This document shows positions 24,511 through 37,360 of a stretch of DNA of 64,000 nt, piece by piece. The DNA comes from Octopus sinensis (taxonomy: Eukaryota), in the NCBI RefSeq assembly GCF_006345805.1, contig NC_042998.1, forward strand, positions 112,716,001-112,780,000, written 5' to 3'. Below the pieces are notes generated by a model. It saw only the letters and a list, made by a program, of their open reading frames with translations. It had not been told where the DNA came from and made no database searches. A program made the translations under genes and the position numbers. How positions within the stretch are numbered: the stretch's first letter is position 1; each line of letters begins with the position of its first letter.

Positions 24511-24869
24511 CCCCAAACAATAACAAAAAGATTAATGAAATTCTAACATTTATACAGGTTCAATATCAATTTTCTGGAACCTTTACTTCGAAAGCCTTTC
24601 CAGAGTTACTGATTTTTCCGAACCAGAGTTGATCACGTCGGTCAACACACTAACTTCAACAAGCAATTAAATGAAATACAGGTACCTGTACATTAGTATA
24701 ATTGAAATAGGTTTATTAATACTGTACAGTGCAAGGCCGCAGTAAACTAGTCTTGTGGCTGCTGGAATTCGAAGTTCTTGCTCATAAATTAGTGCGGATT
24801 ATAAGAGGTTCAGGACCAGTGTCTGGAAAGTCGGTGTTGTATCTGTATTTTAAAATTAATTGTATTTCA

Positions 24870-25421
24870 GATGAGATGTCTGAGAGTTATGGTTGGTGTG
24901 ACACGGATGGACCGGATAAGGAATGAGGGGGTACAAAGACGAGCAGAAATGAGAGAAAAACTAACAACCAAATGGTATAGATCAATGTTGAGGTAGTTTG
25001 GCCACATGGAGAGGATGGCTGAGGAGCCGGTGGTAAGGCGGGTGATGAAGGCTGAAGTGGTAGGCAGCAGAACCAGGGATAGACTTTGGTTTGTGTGGTT
25101 GGATGGAGTGAGGAAAGCTTTGGTGGTTAGAGGTGTTGGAGTGAGAGCGGCAGGCGAGTTTATAAATGATAGGAAAGCTTGGAGAGTGTTTGTGGTTGGA
25201 TGAGTGAATTTGATGTTACTCAAAGGGGTACGGAATCAGCATGATGCGGTTGGGGTAAACCAGCATATGCTGTCGGGCTCAGCTGCTGATATTGGGGGTT
25301 GCATTCTATGCCTTGACTCGAGCAGAGAACGGGTCTCGCCCGTTCAGCTGGGAAATGAATGGAATGTCTGATGTGTGTCTTGTGGCTGCCCCTTCTAAAA
25401 AAATGTGGAATAAGCCTGGGT
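24870..25421 (+). mobile_element. RTE-clade LINE 3' end with 3' UTR
   Basis: (W)FGHMERMAEEPVVRRVMKAEVVGSRTRDR...WLDGVRKAL...DRKAWR. The UTR runs into (GATA)n. Confidence 0.8.
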
Positions 25422-25479
<58 letters not shown>

Positions 25480-25498
25480 GGGTAGATGGGTAGATGGG

Positions 25499-25576
<78 letters not shown>
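25422..25576. repeat. (GATA)n tract abutting the Tx1 3' end
   Basis: Direct reading, with three GATGGGTA variant units. Confidence 0.97.
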
Positions 25577-28500
25577 TGTTTCTTTATTAGCCACACAGGG
25601 CTGCACACAGATAGAACAAATTACAAGGTAGAGCTTTTCTTTTGAAGGTTTAAAAAAAAAAAAAAAAAAAAAAGGAAGGGGGACTTTCGATCAAAAGGGA
25701 TCGTAAAAGGAGAGAAAGAGGACAAAAGAAGGGGGGTTAAAAAAAAAAAAAAAAAGGGGGAGAGGAAAAAAAAATTGATCAATAGGGATCGTTATCACAG
25801 AAATGTCAATATAAAGTGTAAAGGGGAGGACAGGTGAGGTTTACCCGTGGAAAGAAAAGCCTACGGAAAAGACCACAGTAACCTCGGTCAATGAAGTCAC
25901 ATTTTATATTTCTTTTTTTTTTTTTTTTTTTTTTTTGCAAATAAGCAACTCTCTGTTTTCGATTTCTGGGTTCATAGGACTATGCTCAAGGTGGCTTCGT
26001 CATTCATACGTGCCATTCTTGCTACATTCACCCATCTTTTTTTAAAACATTCGCTAGACAAAACTTGCCTCTCTACTCTCACTTTCCTTTTCAAGTGGTA
26101 CTTGAAGAAGTTGATGAGAGATTGACCAGAGAGGAAAGTGTTTGTCTCCAATCCTTTCAGACGCGTCCACCAGATACATTCTTTCGCCATAGCCACAAGG
26201 ATGATGAAAATAGCTCTTCCTTCCCGTTTGAAGGAAGGAGGCGTGACAATATTGACGATAGACTCAGCTGATAAACCGACTCGTCCCACACGTGACAGCA
26301 GTTGTTCGACATAAGCCCACAGGTCGGAAATTGTTGGACACTGAACGAGTGCGTGCAGAACGGTTTCGTCGCTCTGACCGCATCTCGGGCAGGTCGGCCC
26401 CGTGTTTCTCGAGCCGTGTCTGTAGAGCTTATCCCGAACGGGTAGCGCTTCTCGGTAGCACTGCCAGGCCAGGGATCTCTGGAAGTTGTCCATGGGCCCT
26501 GGCCCGAAAGTCGTCCCGAACAGGCGGGTCAGGTACTCCTCGTCGACGTCCAGGTTCGCCCCGAGCTCGTCGTCGTACCTCCCCTCCACTAAACCCCTAT
26601 AGAATGCTTTGGTTGTGTTGAAGTCACTTAAGGTCGACCCAGGACGGCAGAGTTGCTTGAGAGCAACGCGACACTCGCGGTGCCATTCGCCCTTCCTCGG
26701 CCTCTTTTTGATCCACGACTGCAGTTCGGTCATGGAGACGAGCTGCGGGAAAGCGTGCCTCACAAACGGCGACCACACCTGTTCACCGTCGTCTACATAG
26801 AGCCAGAGATGTCGCAGTCTCAGCGCGTGTCTGCGCATCATCAACCACGGCATGCCCAGCCCTCCTTTTAACGGGTGTTGACAGCAAATGGATCGCCTGA
26901 CCATCGGGACGCATCCTTTCCACAAGAAGCGAAAGAGGATGCGTTGTAGTTTGGTGATGGTAGGGTCGGGACAAGGTACGACGGTCAGGCGGTAGTAGAT
27001 GACGGACGCGATGTACGTGTTCGCCACCTCCGCTCGACCTTTTAGGGACAGTTTCCTCTCGGCCCATTGCCAGGCGAGGGTGACCACCCTACTCGTTATC
27101 TCGTTCCAGTTCTTCTCCACTTGGAGGTCCGGACCGAACCAGACCCCGAGCAACTCAACCGGGCCGTCGGTCCAGCGTCCCACGACGGAGGCGCTGGTGG
27201 ACGGCATGGGCTTGCTTCTCCAGGTGCCTAGTCGCAAGCCCACTGACTTTTCCCGGTTGATTTTCGCTCCTGTCACCGCTTCGTAGTTTTTCAGTGTCTC
27301 GCCCACCAGCTCGATGTGCTCGTGGCTTGACACTATGACGGTGACGTCGTCCGCGTATGCAGACACGCTCGTCCCGCATCCCAATTCTCGCGGGATGCCC
27401 CTTAGAGTCGCCAGCTTCCGCAGTAGTGGCTCAAGAGTCAATACGTATAGAAGCGCCGAGAGGGGGCATCCCTGACGGACCGAACGTGCAATGTCGAAAG
27501 GTCTCGATAGATGTCCATTTACGCGAATTACCGAACGGATGCCTCTGTACAAGGCAGCTATCCAGCCGCGGAAGACGGGACCGAAACCAGCCGCTCTCAG
27601 GACTGCCTCCAAGTATCGATGGTCTACCCTATCAAAGGCTTTCGATTGATCCAAGTTGATCAGGGCCCCACCCATGCCAGGTTCGTTAACTACCCTGTCT
27701 ATGATGTAGCGCATCAGATGGAGGTTGTCATGGATGGTCCGGCCTGACACGGCGCATGTTTGCGCCTTGTCGACCAGTTTCTCGATGACAAGCGCCAACC
27801 TCTTGGCTAGCACCTTGGCCAAAATTTTCAAGTCTGCATTAAGCAGAGTGATGGGCCTAAAGTTATCTATTACATTTCCCTTGTTTAGATCTTTCTTCAG
27901 CAGTGTTACGGCTCCTCGGCTCACAAAACCAGGAATGCTCCCGTTTTGCTGCCAGTTGCAGTACACCGCCGCCAAGAGATCTCCAAACAAGTCTGGCATA
28001 CAATTGTAAAGCTCGTAGGGTAGACCATCCAAACCCGGTGATTTGTCCCTCGAGCATTCTGCCATCGCTTCCCGCACTTCCGCCGCCGTGATGGCACCTT
28101 CGCAGCACCCTGCCTTTCTTGTCGAGAGTCGTGGTAGGCTATGTAGGTAGGCACTGAAGTCCACCCTACGTTCTTGCCCTCCACTCGTTCCGAACAGTCG
28201 GGCAAAATGCTGCTGAAAGGCCTCACACATTTTACTTGGCTCGAGCAATTCGCGCCCCTGTTCATCTACCAGTGACCGAATGGTGGCTTTGTTGCCCTGT
28301 TGCGCCTCTGCCACCCGGGCCTCTCTCGCGGCTCCAACACCTTCGTTCTTTAGAGCACGCATCCTAGCTCTGACAGCACATCCTTCGTGTTTGGCGTTGA
28401 AGTGTTGGTCGAGGGCCAACCTCGCCGCCAAAACGTCGGATGCGATGCCGCTTCTAATTGCCTCTTCTAGCTTCTTAACTAGCTCACCCTCTACTCTATT

Positions 28501-29453
28501 TCTATCTATGGCTAGTGCTTTGCTGTACCTAATCGCTTCTGCTTTTACTGCTCTCTTGAGGGCAAACCACCATTTGTTGTTGATGATGGCTCCCGTCAAA
28601 GCCCTCTTTACTAGTGTGCTAATCCGGTCTCTGAAAACTTGTCTGGACGGGAATGATGCGTTCAGTTTCCAGTACCCAGGACCCTGTCTATGTGCCTTAT
28701 CTAAGTCTAGCGTACACGTCACCAATTTGTGATCCGTGTAGCTGACTGTGTGGAATTGTGGACATCCTAAGTTATCCTTGTCTACTGTCCTACACAGTAT
28801 CCTATCTAGATACGATCTCGACGACCCACTGCGGTTGCTCCATGTCCACGTTGGTGCATTTGGGTGGTCGAGTCGGTACCTGTCAGACAGTTGGAATCGT
28901 CTGAGCAGGTCTCTGAGGCATTTGCATCCCCTTCTGTTTCTGTCTCTACCCACGTAGTCTACATGCGTGTCCAAGGTAGCATTCCAATCCCCCACTAAGA
29001 GTAAAGGACGAGACGTTCCCAAGAATACTTCTAGACGTCGAAAGAAATCCGCCCGACCTGTTAAGGGCGGTGCGTAGACTGATACGAGTCGAAAAGCGCA
29101 CCCATTGCTGCCGTCAACATCCAGAACGATCAGTCTACCCTCCGGGTCTACGAATATCGTCTTGACTTCGAGATCCAGGCTCTTGTGAAAAAGTACCGCG
29201 GTGCCACTACCGCCCATCCTCGGCAGACAGGGAGCGAAATAAATGTTAAACTGTCCGCCAAACATGGACTTTAGGGCCCGTGGCTCGTGGAGTCTGGTCT
29301 CACTTATGGCTATGATTCCCAAATCATGTGACTTGATGTCATTTAGGAGGTATCCTTGTTTCCAAGGAGACCCCAAGCCACGCGCATTCACACAACCAAT
29401 CTTGACCATGATTCTATTGGGGTGTGTGCTTTAAAACACACAAATGAAAGTAC
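25577..29453 (-). mobile_element. Tx1/L1-clade LINE with complete ORF2 and no ORF1, inside (GATA)n
   Basis: 44 bp of leader, ORF2, a roughly 395-bp pyrimidine-rich 3' UTR with AATAAA near the end, and (GATA)n on both sides. Confidence 0.95.
25972..29409 (-). CDS. LINE ORF2 (1145 aa): APE endonuclease, reverse transcriptase, C-terminal zinc knuckle
   Basis: EN motifs NARGL, ISET, GDWNA, D.YR, SYLDRI, SYTDH. RT motifs KSPGLDG, NFRPITLLN, DQSKAFDRV, VRQGCPLS, YADD, LGVWF. Knuckle CPRCGQSDETVLHALVQC. No stops or frameshifts. Confidence 0.97.
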   Translation of the reverse strand: MVKIGCVNARGLGSPWKQGYLLNDIKSHDLGIIAISETRLHEPRALKSMFGGQFNIYFAPCLPRMGGSGTAVLFHKSLDLEVKTIFVDPEGRLIVLDVDGSNGCAFRLVSVYAPPLTGRADFFRRLEVFLGTSRPLLLVGDWNATLDTHVDYVGRDRNRRGCKCLRDLLRRFQLSDRYRLDHPNAPTWTWSNRSGSSRSYLDRILCRTVDKDNLGCPQFHTVSYTDHKLVTCTLDLDKAHRQGPGYWKLNASFPSRQVFRDRISTLVKRALTGAIINNKWWFALKRAVKAEAIRYSKALAIDRNRVEGELVKKLEEAIRSGIASDVLAARLALDQHFNAKHEGCAVRARMRALKNEGVGAAREARVAEAQQGNKATIRSLVDEQGRELLEPSKMCEAFQQHFARLFGTSGGQERRVDFSAYLHSLPRLSTRKAGCCEGAITAAEVREAMAECSRDKSPGLDGLPYELYNCMPDLFGDLLAAVYCNWQQNGSIPGFVSRGAVTLLKKDLNKGNVIDNFRPITLLNADLKILAKVLAKRLALVIEKLVDKAQTCAVSGRTIHDNLHLMRYIIDRVVNEPGMGGALINLDQSKAFDRVDHRYLEAVLRAAGFGPVFRGWIAALYRGIRSVIRVNGHLSRPFDIARSVRQGCPLSALLYVLTLEPLLRKLATLRGIPRELGCGTSVSAYADDVTVIVSSHEHIELVGETLKNYEAVTGAKINREKSVGLRLGTWRSKPMPSTSASVVGRWTDGPVELLGVWFGPDLQVEKNWNEITSRVVTLAWQWAERKLSLKGRAEVANTYIASVIYYRLTVVPCPDPTITKLQRILFRFLWKGCVPMVRRSICCQHPLKGGLGMPWLMMRRHALRLRHLWLYVDDGEQVWSPFVRHAFPQLVSMTELQSWIKKRPRKGEWHRECRVALKQLCRPGSTLSDFNTTKAFYRGLVEGRYDDELGANLDVDEEYLTRLFGTTFGPGPMDNFQRSLAWQCYREALPVRDKLYRHGSRNTGPTCPRCGQSDETVLHALVQCPTISDLWAYVEQLLSRVGRVGLSAESIVNIVTPPSFKREGRAIFIILVAMAKECIWWTRLKGLETNTFLSGQSLINFFKYHLKRKVRVERQVLSSECFKKRWVNVARMARMNDEATLSIVL

Positions 29454-29454
<1 letters not shown>

Positions 29455-29547
<93 letters not shown>
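29455..29547. repeat. (GATA)n tract abutting the Tx1 5' end
   Basis: Direct reading. Confidence 0.97.
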
Positions 29548-29548
<1 letters not shown>

Positions 29549-29846
29549 ATAACAAGTTTTAAATTTACTTCCTCAATAATTTCACTTTAATACTGCTCTG
29601 CCACTGGGGCTACTTCCATGAATACTACTACCATGTGGCCATGCCGTGGCACTATCATCAAAAGATTTTAATTGGACATATTAATTCTAGGAATTATTCC
29701 AAAATGGCACTTATTTTATCTATTTCTTTATATCAGTAGGCTGAGTTATTTTTGACAAAGAATGTCAAAGAATGCTACAACGTAGATGTACTGTTTTTCT
29801 GTTCTTTAGACAAACATACACACACACTCACACACACACACACACT

Positions 29847-29909
<63 letters not shown>

Positions 29910-30017
29910 GCCGCATATGTTGATAAATAACTAGACAAAACAAATAGATTGATATATAGACAAATAAATATACATGAATAAATGAATACGTGTGTACGTG
30001 TATGTATGTTTGTAAAC

Positions 30018-30400
30018 ACCGGTTACGTTGGACCGGACACCTTATTAGAATGAAGGATAGCAAGATCCCTAAGCAGATGCTATATGGGGAACTTGTGAAT
30101 GCAAAGAGACCCCGGCAGAAAACAAGGTTGCGATTTAAGGACTGAGTCAAGTCCTCGTTAAAGGCCTGTGATACGCAGGAGACTGACTGGGAAAACAATG
30201 CCTGTCATCGTCACAGATGGAGAAAGCAGGTTAAGGAGGGAGTTGACACTTTTGAGAGAGCACTTATTCTGCATGAAGAACTTAAGCATACTTATTAGCC
30301 ACCAACGGAGCCGCGAATGCAAAATATAAGTTAGTCCGAGAGCGCATAATGTTCCTGAAGATCAGCAATGGTCTTCCTCGGTCACGAGTGGACGGCCAAC
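30018..30400 (+). mobile_element. RTE-clade LINE 3' fragment with (ATGT)n tail
   Basis: RLRWTGHLIRMKDSKIPKQMLYGELVNAKRPR...RFKD*VKSSLK...RWRKQVKEG, followed by (ATGT)n at 30401-30490. Confidence 0.88.
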
Positions 30401-30415
30401 ATGTATGTATGTATG

Positions 30416-30449
<34 letters not shown>

Positions 30450-31019
30450 TGTATGTATGTATGTATGTATGTATGTATGTATGTATGTGCATGTATGCCA
30501 CGGGTTGCTGTACAATTTCTGCCTACCAAATTCCATTTATAAGTCACTTTTGGCCCAAATACTACAGTAGGAGTGCTATTCGGTGGGATGGAACCTAAGG
30601 CCATATGGTTGCCCACTGAATCTCTTAACCAAACCTTTTTCTTTCCTAAAATCCACTTCAACAAATATTGCAACATGTAACCGCTAAGCATCAAAGATAT
30701 CTAATCTAAAATGGCGTTTACCAACAAGCTGATAGTTAGTATTCAATGATGTATGACAAAAATGTCAGCTAGTCATTATTGGGTTTATCTGAGAGACGAA
30801 TTCCCTTTTAATATCATCAATATACAAATAGTTATACAAGAGAAATTACTTAACACAGCATAGTGCAGGTTGTTATATAGAAGCAATAATAATTTCTAAT
30901 ATGCTCACCGGCATTATATAGAAGTAATAGTGAATTCTTTCAGAGGTGTATGAATGGAAGAATGATTGCAGGAAGGAAGGAAGGAAGAACAAAGGAAAGA
31001 AGGAATGAATGAACGAACG

Positions 31020-31285
31020 AACGAATATTCCCAACTTCATGGTTGAGGATCGTAGGTCTGAACCACAACTACTTACTCCTCGCCAATTTTTACTATTTCG
31101 TGTTGTCGTCGTAGACTCTGTCGGGGTCCTCTTCGTCTAGTCTTTGATGCTACACCTTACTTTGTCTTTGTCGCCTGCGATCAAGTTTTCCGATCACCCA
31201 GTACTCGAAGTTGTGGGCACAGAGGTTCTGGATCTTGATAAAGTGGCCAAATTGATAGTAGTCTTTGCTGTTTGACCATCGTCAC
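31020..31285 (-). mobile_element. Decayed RTE 3' fragment
   Basis: YQFGHFIK...FEYWVIGKLDRRRQR, with a short tandem-repeat tail (TTCG/TTCC). Confidence 0.5.
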
Positions 31286-31739
31286 CAACTTCATGGATAC
31301 AAGACCATGTATATCGATCCCGAAGAGATTGAACACAAAACTAATGTCGACAGAATTTGACCCAGAAATGAAAAGGACGAAAATATATGCAACGAGGTAT
31401 TTTTGTATAAACCTGAATGTGCAGACTACATTCAGCTTTCCACGCTTTATTTGTATAGAAATTATTGGACGTAGAAATTACTGAGTAGTTACGAAGTTCG
31501 CTGTGCAATCACGAGGTTCTGTGTTCGCTTACATTACGTAACATTTTGAGTAGTGTCGTTTATCATAGCTTTGAGTCACCCTAAGCCTTGCAAATAAAAT
31601 TAGGGAGTCTCTTGAATGGACTTCACATGTGATTCAAAGGTCCAGCATTGTCATATATTGTATCATAATCACACGACCTGAAAATAACGGTAAGGTACAC
31701 AGGATAGTGGGATATTCAGCCAATTACATATTAATTTAT

Positions 31740-32580
31740 ATTTCTTTACTGCCCACAAGGGGCTAAACATAGGGGGGACAAACAAGGACATACAAAGGGA
31801 TCAAGTCGATTACATCGACACCAGTGCGAAACTGGTACTTTATTTATCGACCCCGAAAGGATGAAAGGCAAAGTCGACCTCGGCGGAATTTGAACTCAGA
31901 ACGTAACGACAGACGAAATACCTATTTCTTTACTACCCACAAGGGGCTAAACACAGAAGGGACAAACAAGGACAGACAAACGGATTAAGTCGATTAGATC
32001 GACTCCAGTGCGTAACTTGTACAAAATTTATCGACCCCGAAAGGATGAAAGGCAAAGTCGACCTCGGTGGAATTTGAACTCAGAAAGTAACGGCAGACGA
32101 AATACGGCTACGCATTTCGTCCGGCGCACTAACGTTTCTGCCAGCTCGATTTCTGTTGGTCGAACAACTGAATGGGCGGAGATTCTATCATAGAAATAAT
32201 AATAATCCTTTCTAATTTTAGCACAAGGCAGCAATTTCGAAGGGAGGAGAAAGTCGATTACATCGATCTAGTACTGACACTTATTTTTGATGTCTTCGAA
32301 AGGATGAAAGGCAAATTCGACCACAGCAGAATTTAAACTCAGAACGTATGTCCGACGCACACTAAAGATTCTGCTTGTTTGCCGCTTTTATCATAGAAAT
32401 AATTATTTTTCTATAGATACAAGGCCCGAAATTTGGGGGAAGGTTCTAGTCGATTGCATCGTCCCCTATGCTAAATAGACACTCCTCGGCAGCATTTGAA
32501 CTCAGAAAGTAAAGAGCCGGAAGAACTGCCGCTAAGTATTTTGTTCGACGCGGTAACGATTCTGCCAGCTAGCAGTCTTT
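31740..32580 (-). mobile_element. Cluster of four family 2 SINEs
   Basis: Repeated cores at about 31850, 32035, 32300 and 32490. The first two are joined with no spacer. Confidence 0.88.
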
Positions 32581-32689
32581 ATCATAGAGATAATTATGGA
32601 AATATTTATCAGTTACTAAGCTAACGCATCACTCACATTGATTTGAACTTCTAAAAAATACAGAGTCTAATATTCAGAGCAACACCGGT

Positions 32690-32984
32690 AAGGCGGTGAG
32701 CTGGCAGAATCGTTAGCCGAGCAAAATGTTTAGCGGCATTTCGTCCGTCCTTATGTTCTGAGTTCAAATTCCGCCGTTCAAATTCTGGGGGTCGATTTAA
32801 TCGACTTGGCTCCGCCCCCAAAAACTGCTGGCCTTGTGTCAAAAATTCAAACCAATATTTAGAACAACGTTACTGATGACGGGGCGTAGCTACTTCAAAA
32901 AGTTGTGTAAGTATGTAATAAGTGAATAAAACTTGCAATATAATGAAGTTTTAATTAAAGCAGTTTTAAAATGTATGCATATAT

Positions 32985-33035
<51 letters not shown>

Positions 33036-33495
33036 CGAAATTTTTCTGCTGACGGTGTGGTGGAACGCATATATTTTTTCTTTATTTCTAATTACAGTGA
33101 AACCCCAAAACGTTAGAATCAGACATTTAGATAGATTTCTATCTACAGAAAAATATACATATTTCATAGCGAACTTTTTACACAATTATAACGAATAGAA
33201 TATTGCGTTTACTTACCTAACAGACAGACAGATAGAGTTTTACCTATCTGGAAAGTGAATGGAATTGAGATCAAGTGTTGAAGGAGGAATTTCGCAACTA
33301 CGTGGTTTCGGATGCGCATTCATTGCGCAGCACTTTGAACAAGCGTCTTGTACCATATCTCCCAAGTTAAGCAGTGCTTTGTAAGAGGAAATCGGTAGAC
33401 AAAAACTTATTCAGGGACCTGTAGTATGTATGTATTTATATACGTATGTGTATATGCGCGTATGTGTTCGTATGTTTGTGTACATGTGTGTGTGT

Positions 33496-33527
<32 letters not shown>

Positions 33528-35430
33528 ACGTGCGTGAGTGTGTATGTACCTTTCATTGGTGTTCGTTAGCGGATAATGTAAATATCAATAAGAAAAGAAA
33601 AAGGTTGCTTTCTAAGTGAGAATAACTTGCGTGATATTTGTTCCTCCTCCAAGTTACTCAAACAACGCTTTTCACTCCTCGCTGTCCTAAATGCAGTGAA
33701 CCAGTGACAGGCCCGTGGAAACCTGAAATCAAGGACGTTGTTAATTGCCAAATGCCATATTCAATAATATTAGTTTCAAATTTTGGCACAAGCCTAGCAA
33801 TTTCAGGGAGGAAGTAAATTGATTACATCGACCCCAGTGTTCCATTGGTACTTATTCTATCAACTCCAAAAGGATGAAAGATAAAGCCGACCTCGGCAGA
33901 ATTTGAACTCAGAACATAAAGACAGACGAAATAGCTTTAAGCGTTTTGCCTGGCGTGCTAGCGATTCTGCTAGCTCATTGCCTTTCATACGATATAATAT
34001 TAAAATTATTAACATCATAAACATTTAAAAGGCAGCTATACCGCTGTATTCATTTTTATTTTATTTTCTGACGATTCCGCAGCATATAATATATAGATTA
34101 GGCTCTGAATTCAAATCCCGGAGAGGTTCGACATTACTTTTCATCCTCGTGAAATCAATAAGATGCATATTAGTAATATATTGATTTCTTCCATAGATAA
34201 AAGGTTATGAATTTTTTGGTGGCGAGCAAAGGTTACATTCGATTACACCGATTTAGTATTTGATTGATACTTATTTTATCGACTTCGTAAGGATGAAAGG
34301 CAGTGTCAACCGCAGCGAGATTTGAACTCAGAACTTAAAGGAATATAACTTAAATGCTGCAAGTCATTTTATCCGTTACTCTACTGATTTTGTTAATCCG
34401 CCCTAAATTCAAATTTCCCTACATTACATATGTGAATCCCTACCGTATTGGTGTTTAAAATATAGAACACAACTTAGGGGTCTTTCCTCCCGCCCTATTG
34501 TTGTGATTCATATAATCAAAATCATTACATTTCCTTTATATCTATATATATTAATTATATATATTAATGAAGGCAATGAACAGGCAAAATCATTAGAGCG
34601 TTTGATGATAATATCTCTGAGTTGAAATTCCGCTGAAGTAGTTTCTTCTTTCATCCTTTCAGAATCAATAAACAAATTACTAATGTGGTGTCGTAAGATG
34701 GCGAGCTGGCAGAATCGTTAGCACACCGATCAAAATGCTTAGCGGCGTTTCGTCCATCTTTATGTTCTGAGTTCAAATTCCACCGAGGTCTACTCTGCCT
34801 TTTATCCTTTCGGGGTCGATAAGTTAGGTACCGGTAAAATACCGGGTTTGATGTTATCGACAATCCTCTCCCCTCAATTGTGCCTATTGTAGAAAGGATT
34901 ATTATTGTTGTGGTGGTGGTGGTGGTGGTGGTGGTCCCAGCTCTGCTCTTATTCAAGAGACTTGTGGTCAAAGCCATTTTCAAAGAACTACATTATATAA
35001 TGTTTATTTCAATGTTTGTGTATTTTTTGATGGTGCGGTGTGATTTGAGGTGGCGGTGTGTTAGTTATTTATAGCAGTTTAAGATTCTGTAGAGTCTCTC
35101 ATTTGTTCTTGTGTAAATGTGTTCGCTCGTATTCGAACGCTCAATGCGGCTGTTGTTGGTTGGCTCTGATATCAGCCCTGACTGAGCACAGCTATGATCA
35201 AGAGCATTCCAGTCGCAATAATCGTGTCTTATTATTCAGCCATAGTAAGGCGGCGAGCTGGCAGAATTGTTAGCACCGCATAAAATGCTTTGAAGAATTT
35301 CGTCCATCTTTGCATTCTGAGTTCTGATTCTGCTGAGGTCGACTTTACCTTTCATCATTTCGGGGTGGATAAAATAAGTACCAGTCAAGTACTGGGATTG
35401 ATGTAATCGACTTTCGTCATCTCCTATTAG
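32690..35430. mobile_element. Further SINE copies on both strands (family 2 at about 32690, 33770, 34200, 34698, 35246; old family 1 at about 33260)
   Basis: Shared heads and cores. Boundaries approximate. Confidence 0.75.
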
Positions 35431-35567
35431 CAGAAATAATTATTCACACCTTTTATCATAACCTTTTATCTATGGAAGAAATCAATATATTACTAAAATG
35501 CATCTTATTGATTTCACGAGGAAGAAAAGTAATGTCGAACCTCTCCGGGATTTGAATTCAGAGCCTA

Positions 35568-35790
35568 ATGTGTGTTTTTGTGTGTCTGTGTTTGCCCCCC
35601 CCCCCCCAAACATCGCTTGATAACCGATGCTGGTGTGTTCATGTCCCCGTCACTTAGCGGTTCGGCAAAAGATACCGATAGAATAAATACTAGGCTTACA
35701 AAGAATAAGTCCTGGGGTCGATTTGCTCGACTAAAGGCGGTGCTCCAGCATGGCCGCACTCAAATGACTGAAACAAGTAAAAGAGCAAAG
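35568..35790 (+). mobile_element. Family 1 SINE, 3' half
   Basis: AACATCGCTTGATAACCGATGCTGG...ACTGAAACAAGTAAAAGAG. Confidence 0.85.
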
Positions 35791-36125
35791 AGCAAAGAGC
35801 ACACGGTATGTCAGACTGCTAACTAATGAAATTCTAATGAAGTCACAGATCTAAAGTATGTGACGTGAGTTCAGAAGAACTCTGTGCACTCGGAGCGCGC
35901 CAGGGGATTAATGAGAATTCAAAAAGAAGAAATAACAAGTGCTCTGTAGTATAATCGCTAACAAGTCACGGTCGCTTGTTAAGTAATAGGTATTTGGTTT
36001 GTTGGGTGGATATAGTCGATTATACTAATCCCAGTACTTGAGCTGTTTTTTTTTTTTTACCGATTCCAAAAAGAACCGAACTTGGCTGAATTTGAACGGA
36101 GAAATATACAAATACATTGTGCACA

Positions 36126-36350
36126 TCAACCGTTAAGCATCCAAACCAGACATATCCAACCCAAATATTCTACCTGTTCTATGTTCAAACCAGCCAGATG
36201 CAACCTCTCACACCTACACTGCAATGTCCTTCTAAAAATAAGCAACCACGTCATGAAAATTTCAAAGCTGCAAGATGCATGATTAATTCAAAACAATGTC
36301 AATAAATAAGCATTATATTTGACAGAATAATTTGAGTGCTAAAGGGTTAA
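36126..36350. mobile_element. piggyBac-like (TTAA) MITE
   Basis: Right end TGCTAAAGGG then TTAA. The left end TCAACCGTTAAGCA is a decayed TTAACCCTTTAGCA. Confidence 0.65.
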
Positions 36351-37013
36351 GTATCCTATTAATGGGGTTGCTGTTCTTTTGCGTCTCAACTTGGAGTTAA
36401 AAGTATCTAATATCACTTAGCGTGTCATACGATGTTTTCATATGTAACAGAAACGTTGTCTCATGGATGTTAGTAGCTCTCCAACGTGAATCTTACTTCA
36501 ACTTAGTGAGTTAGCAACTGATCCGAAGTGAAGTAGTGTCTGACCCTCTAGAGGAAACATTGTATTTGTGATGCCGTTTTGGTAATATGTGGGTTCGGTA
36601 TTATAAATTATCAGAGATGTCAACAAGGCAACGATGAATTATGTATGATGTCAATCAAATATCAACCAAAATCTCCATCACTGCATACCCTACCGTTTAA
36701 AAAAGATGAAAGACTCGTTGAATGATGTAAATCTAGATAGACTTGTGTCCAGAAAAAAAGACGGTGTGGTAACAGTTTTTGAGCATTTGTTTACTCGACC
36801 TTGGGAGAAACAATGACATCAGCATCAAATATTATAATTCACTGCTTCTTTGGTCGTCGTCATTATTCATACAATTTTGAAACAAATGTATCATTTTATT
36901 TTTTTACTGGAGATACGATCAATTCTTGAGAAGGGTTTCAAAAATCAAATTACAAGAAAAATATAAATAATAAAAAGAATTGACCAACTATGATGCAAAC
37001 TAAAAAAAAATTA

Positions 37014-37360
37014 GGGAGGTGGGTATGAGGGTATCCTTGAGCTGGGAATCTTGAGCAAATGCTTGCAACAGTGTGGACTCTCCTAAAGCACCCAAAGAAC
37101 CAGTTGGTGTTAAATCGGGTGACAAGCTTTGTCTGTGGATTTTTATTGTAGTTCATTGGGCGGCGAGCTGGCAGAATTGTTAGTACGCCCGGCAAAATGC
37201 TTAGCAGCATTTCGTCCATCTTTACATTCTGAGTTCAAATTTCGTCGAGGTCAACTTTGCCTTTCATTCATTCAGGGTCGATAAAATAAGAGTACCAATT
37301 GATGTAATCGACTTATCCCCTCTCTCGAATTTCCAAAATTGTGCCAAAGTTTGAAGCCGA
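37014..37360 (+). mobile_element. Composite repeat: 145-bp unknown segment X plus family 2 SINE (copy 1)
   Basis: Gapless match of X to 45092-45236 with the same junction to the SINE. Confidence 0.8.

Noticed and set aside
26065-29434. Many overlapping short ORFs on both strands within the Tx1 ORF2
   Set aside because: Expected by-products of a GC-rich long ORF, with no recognisable domains or independent signals.
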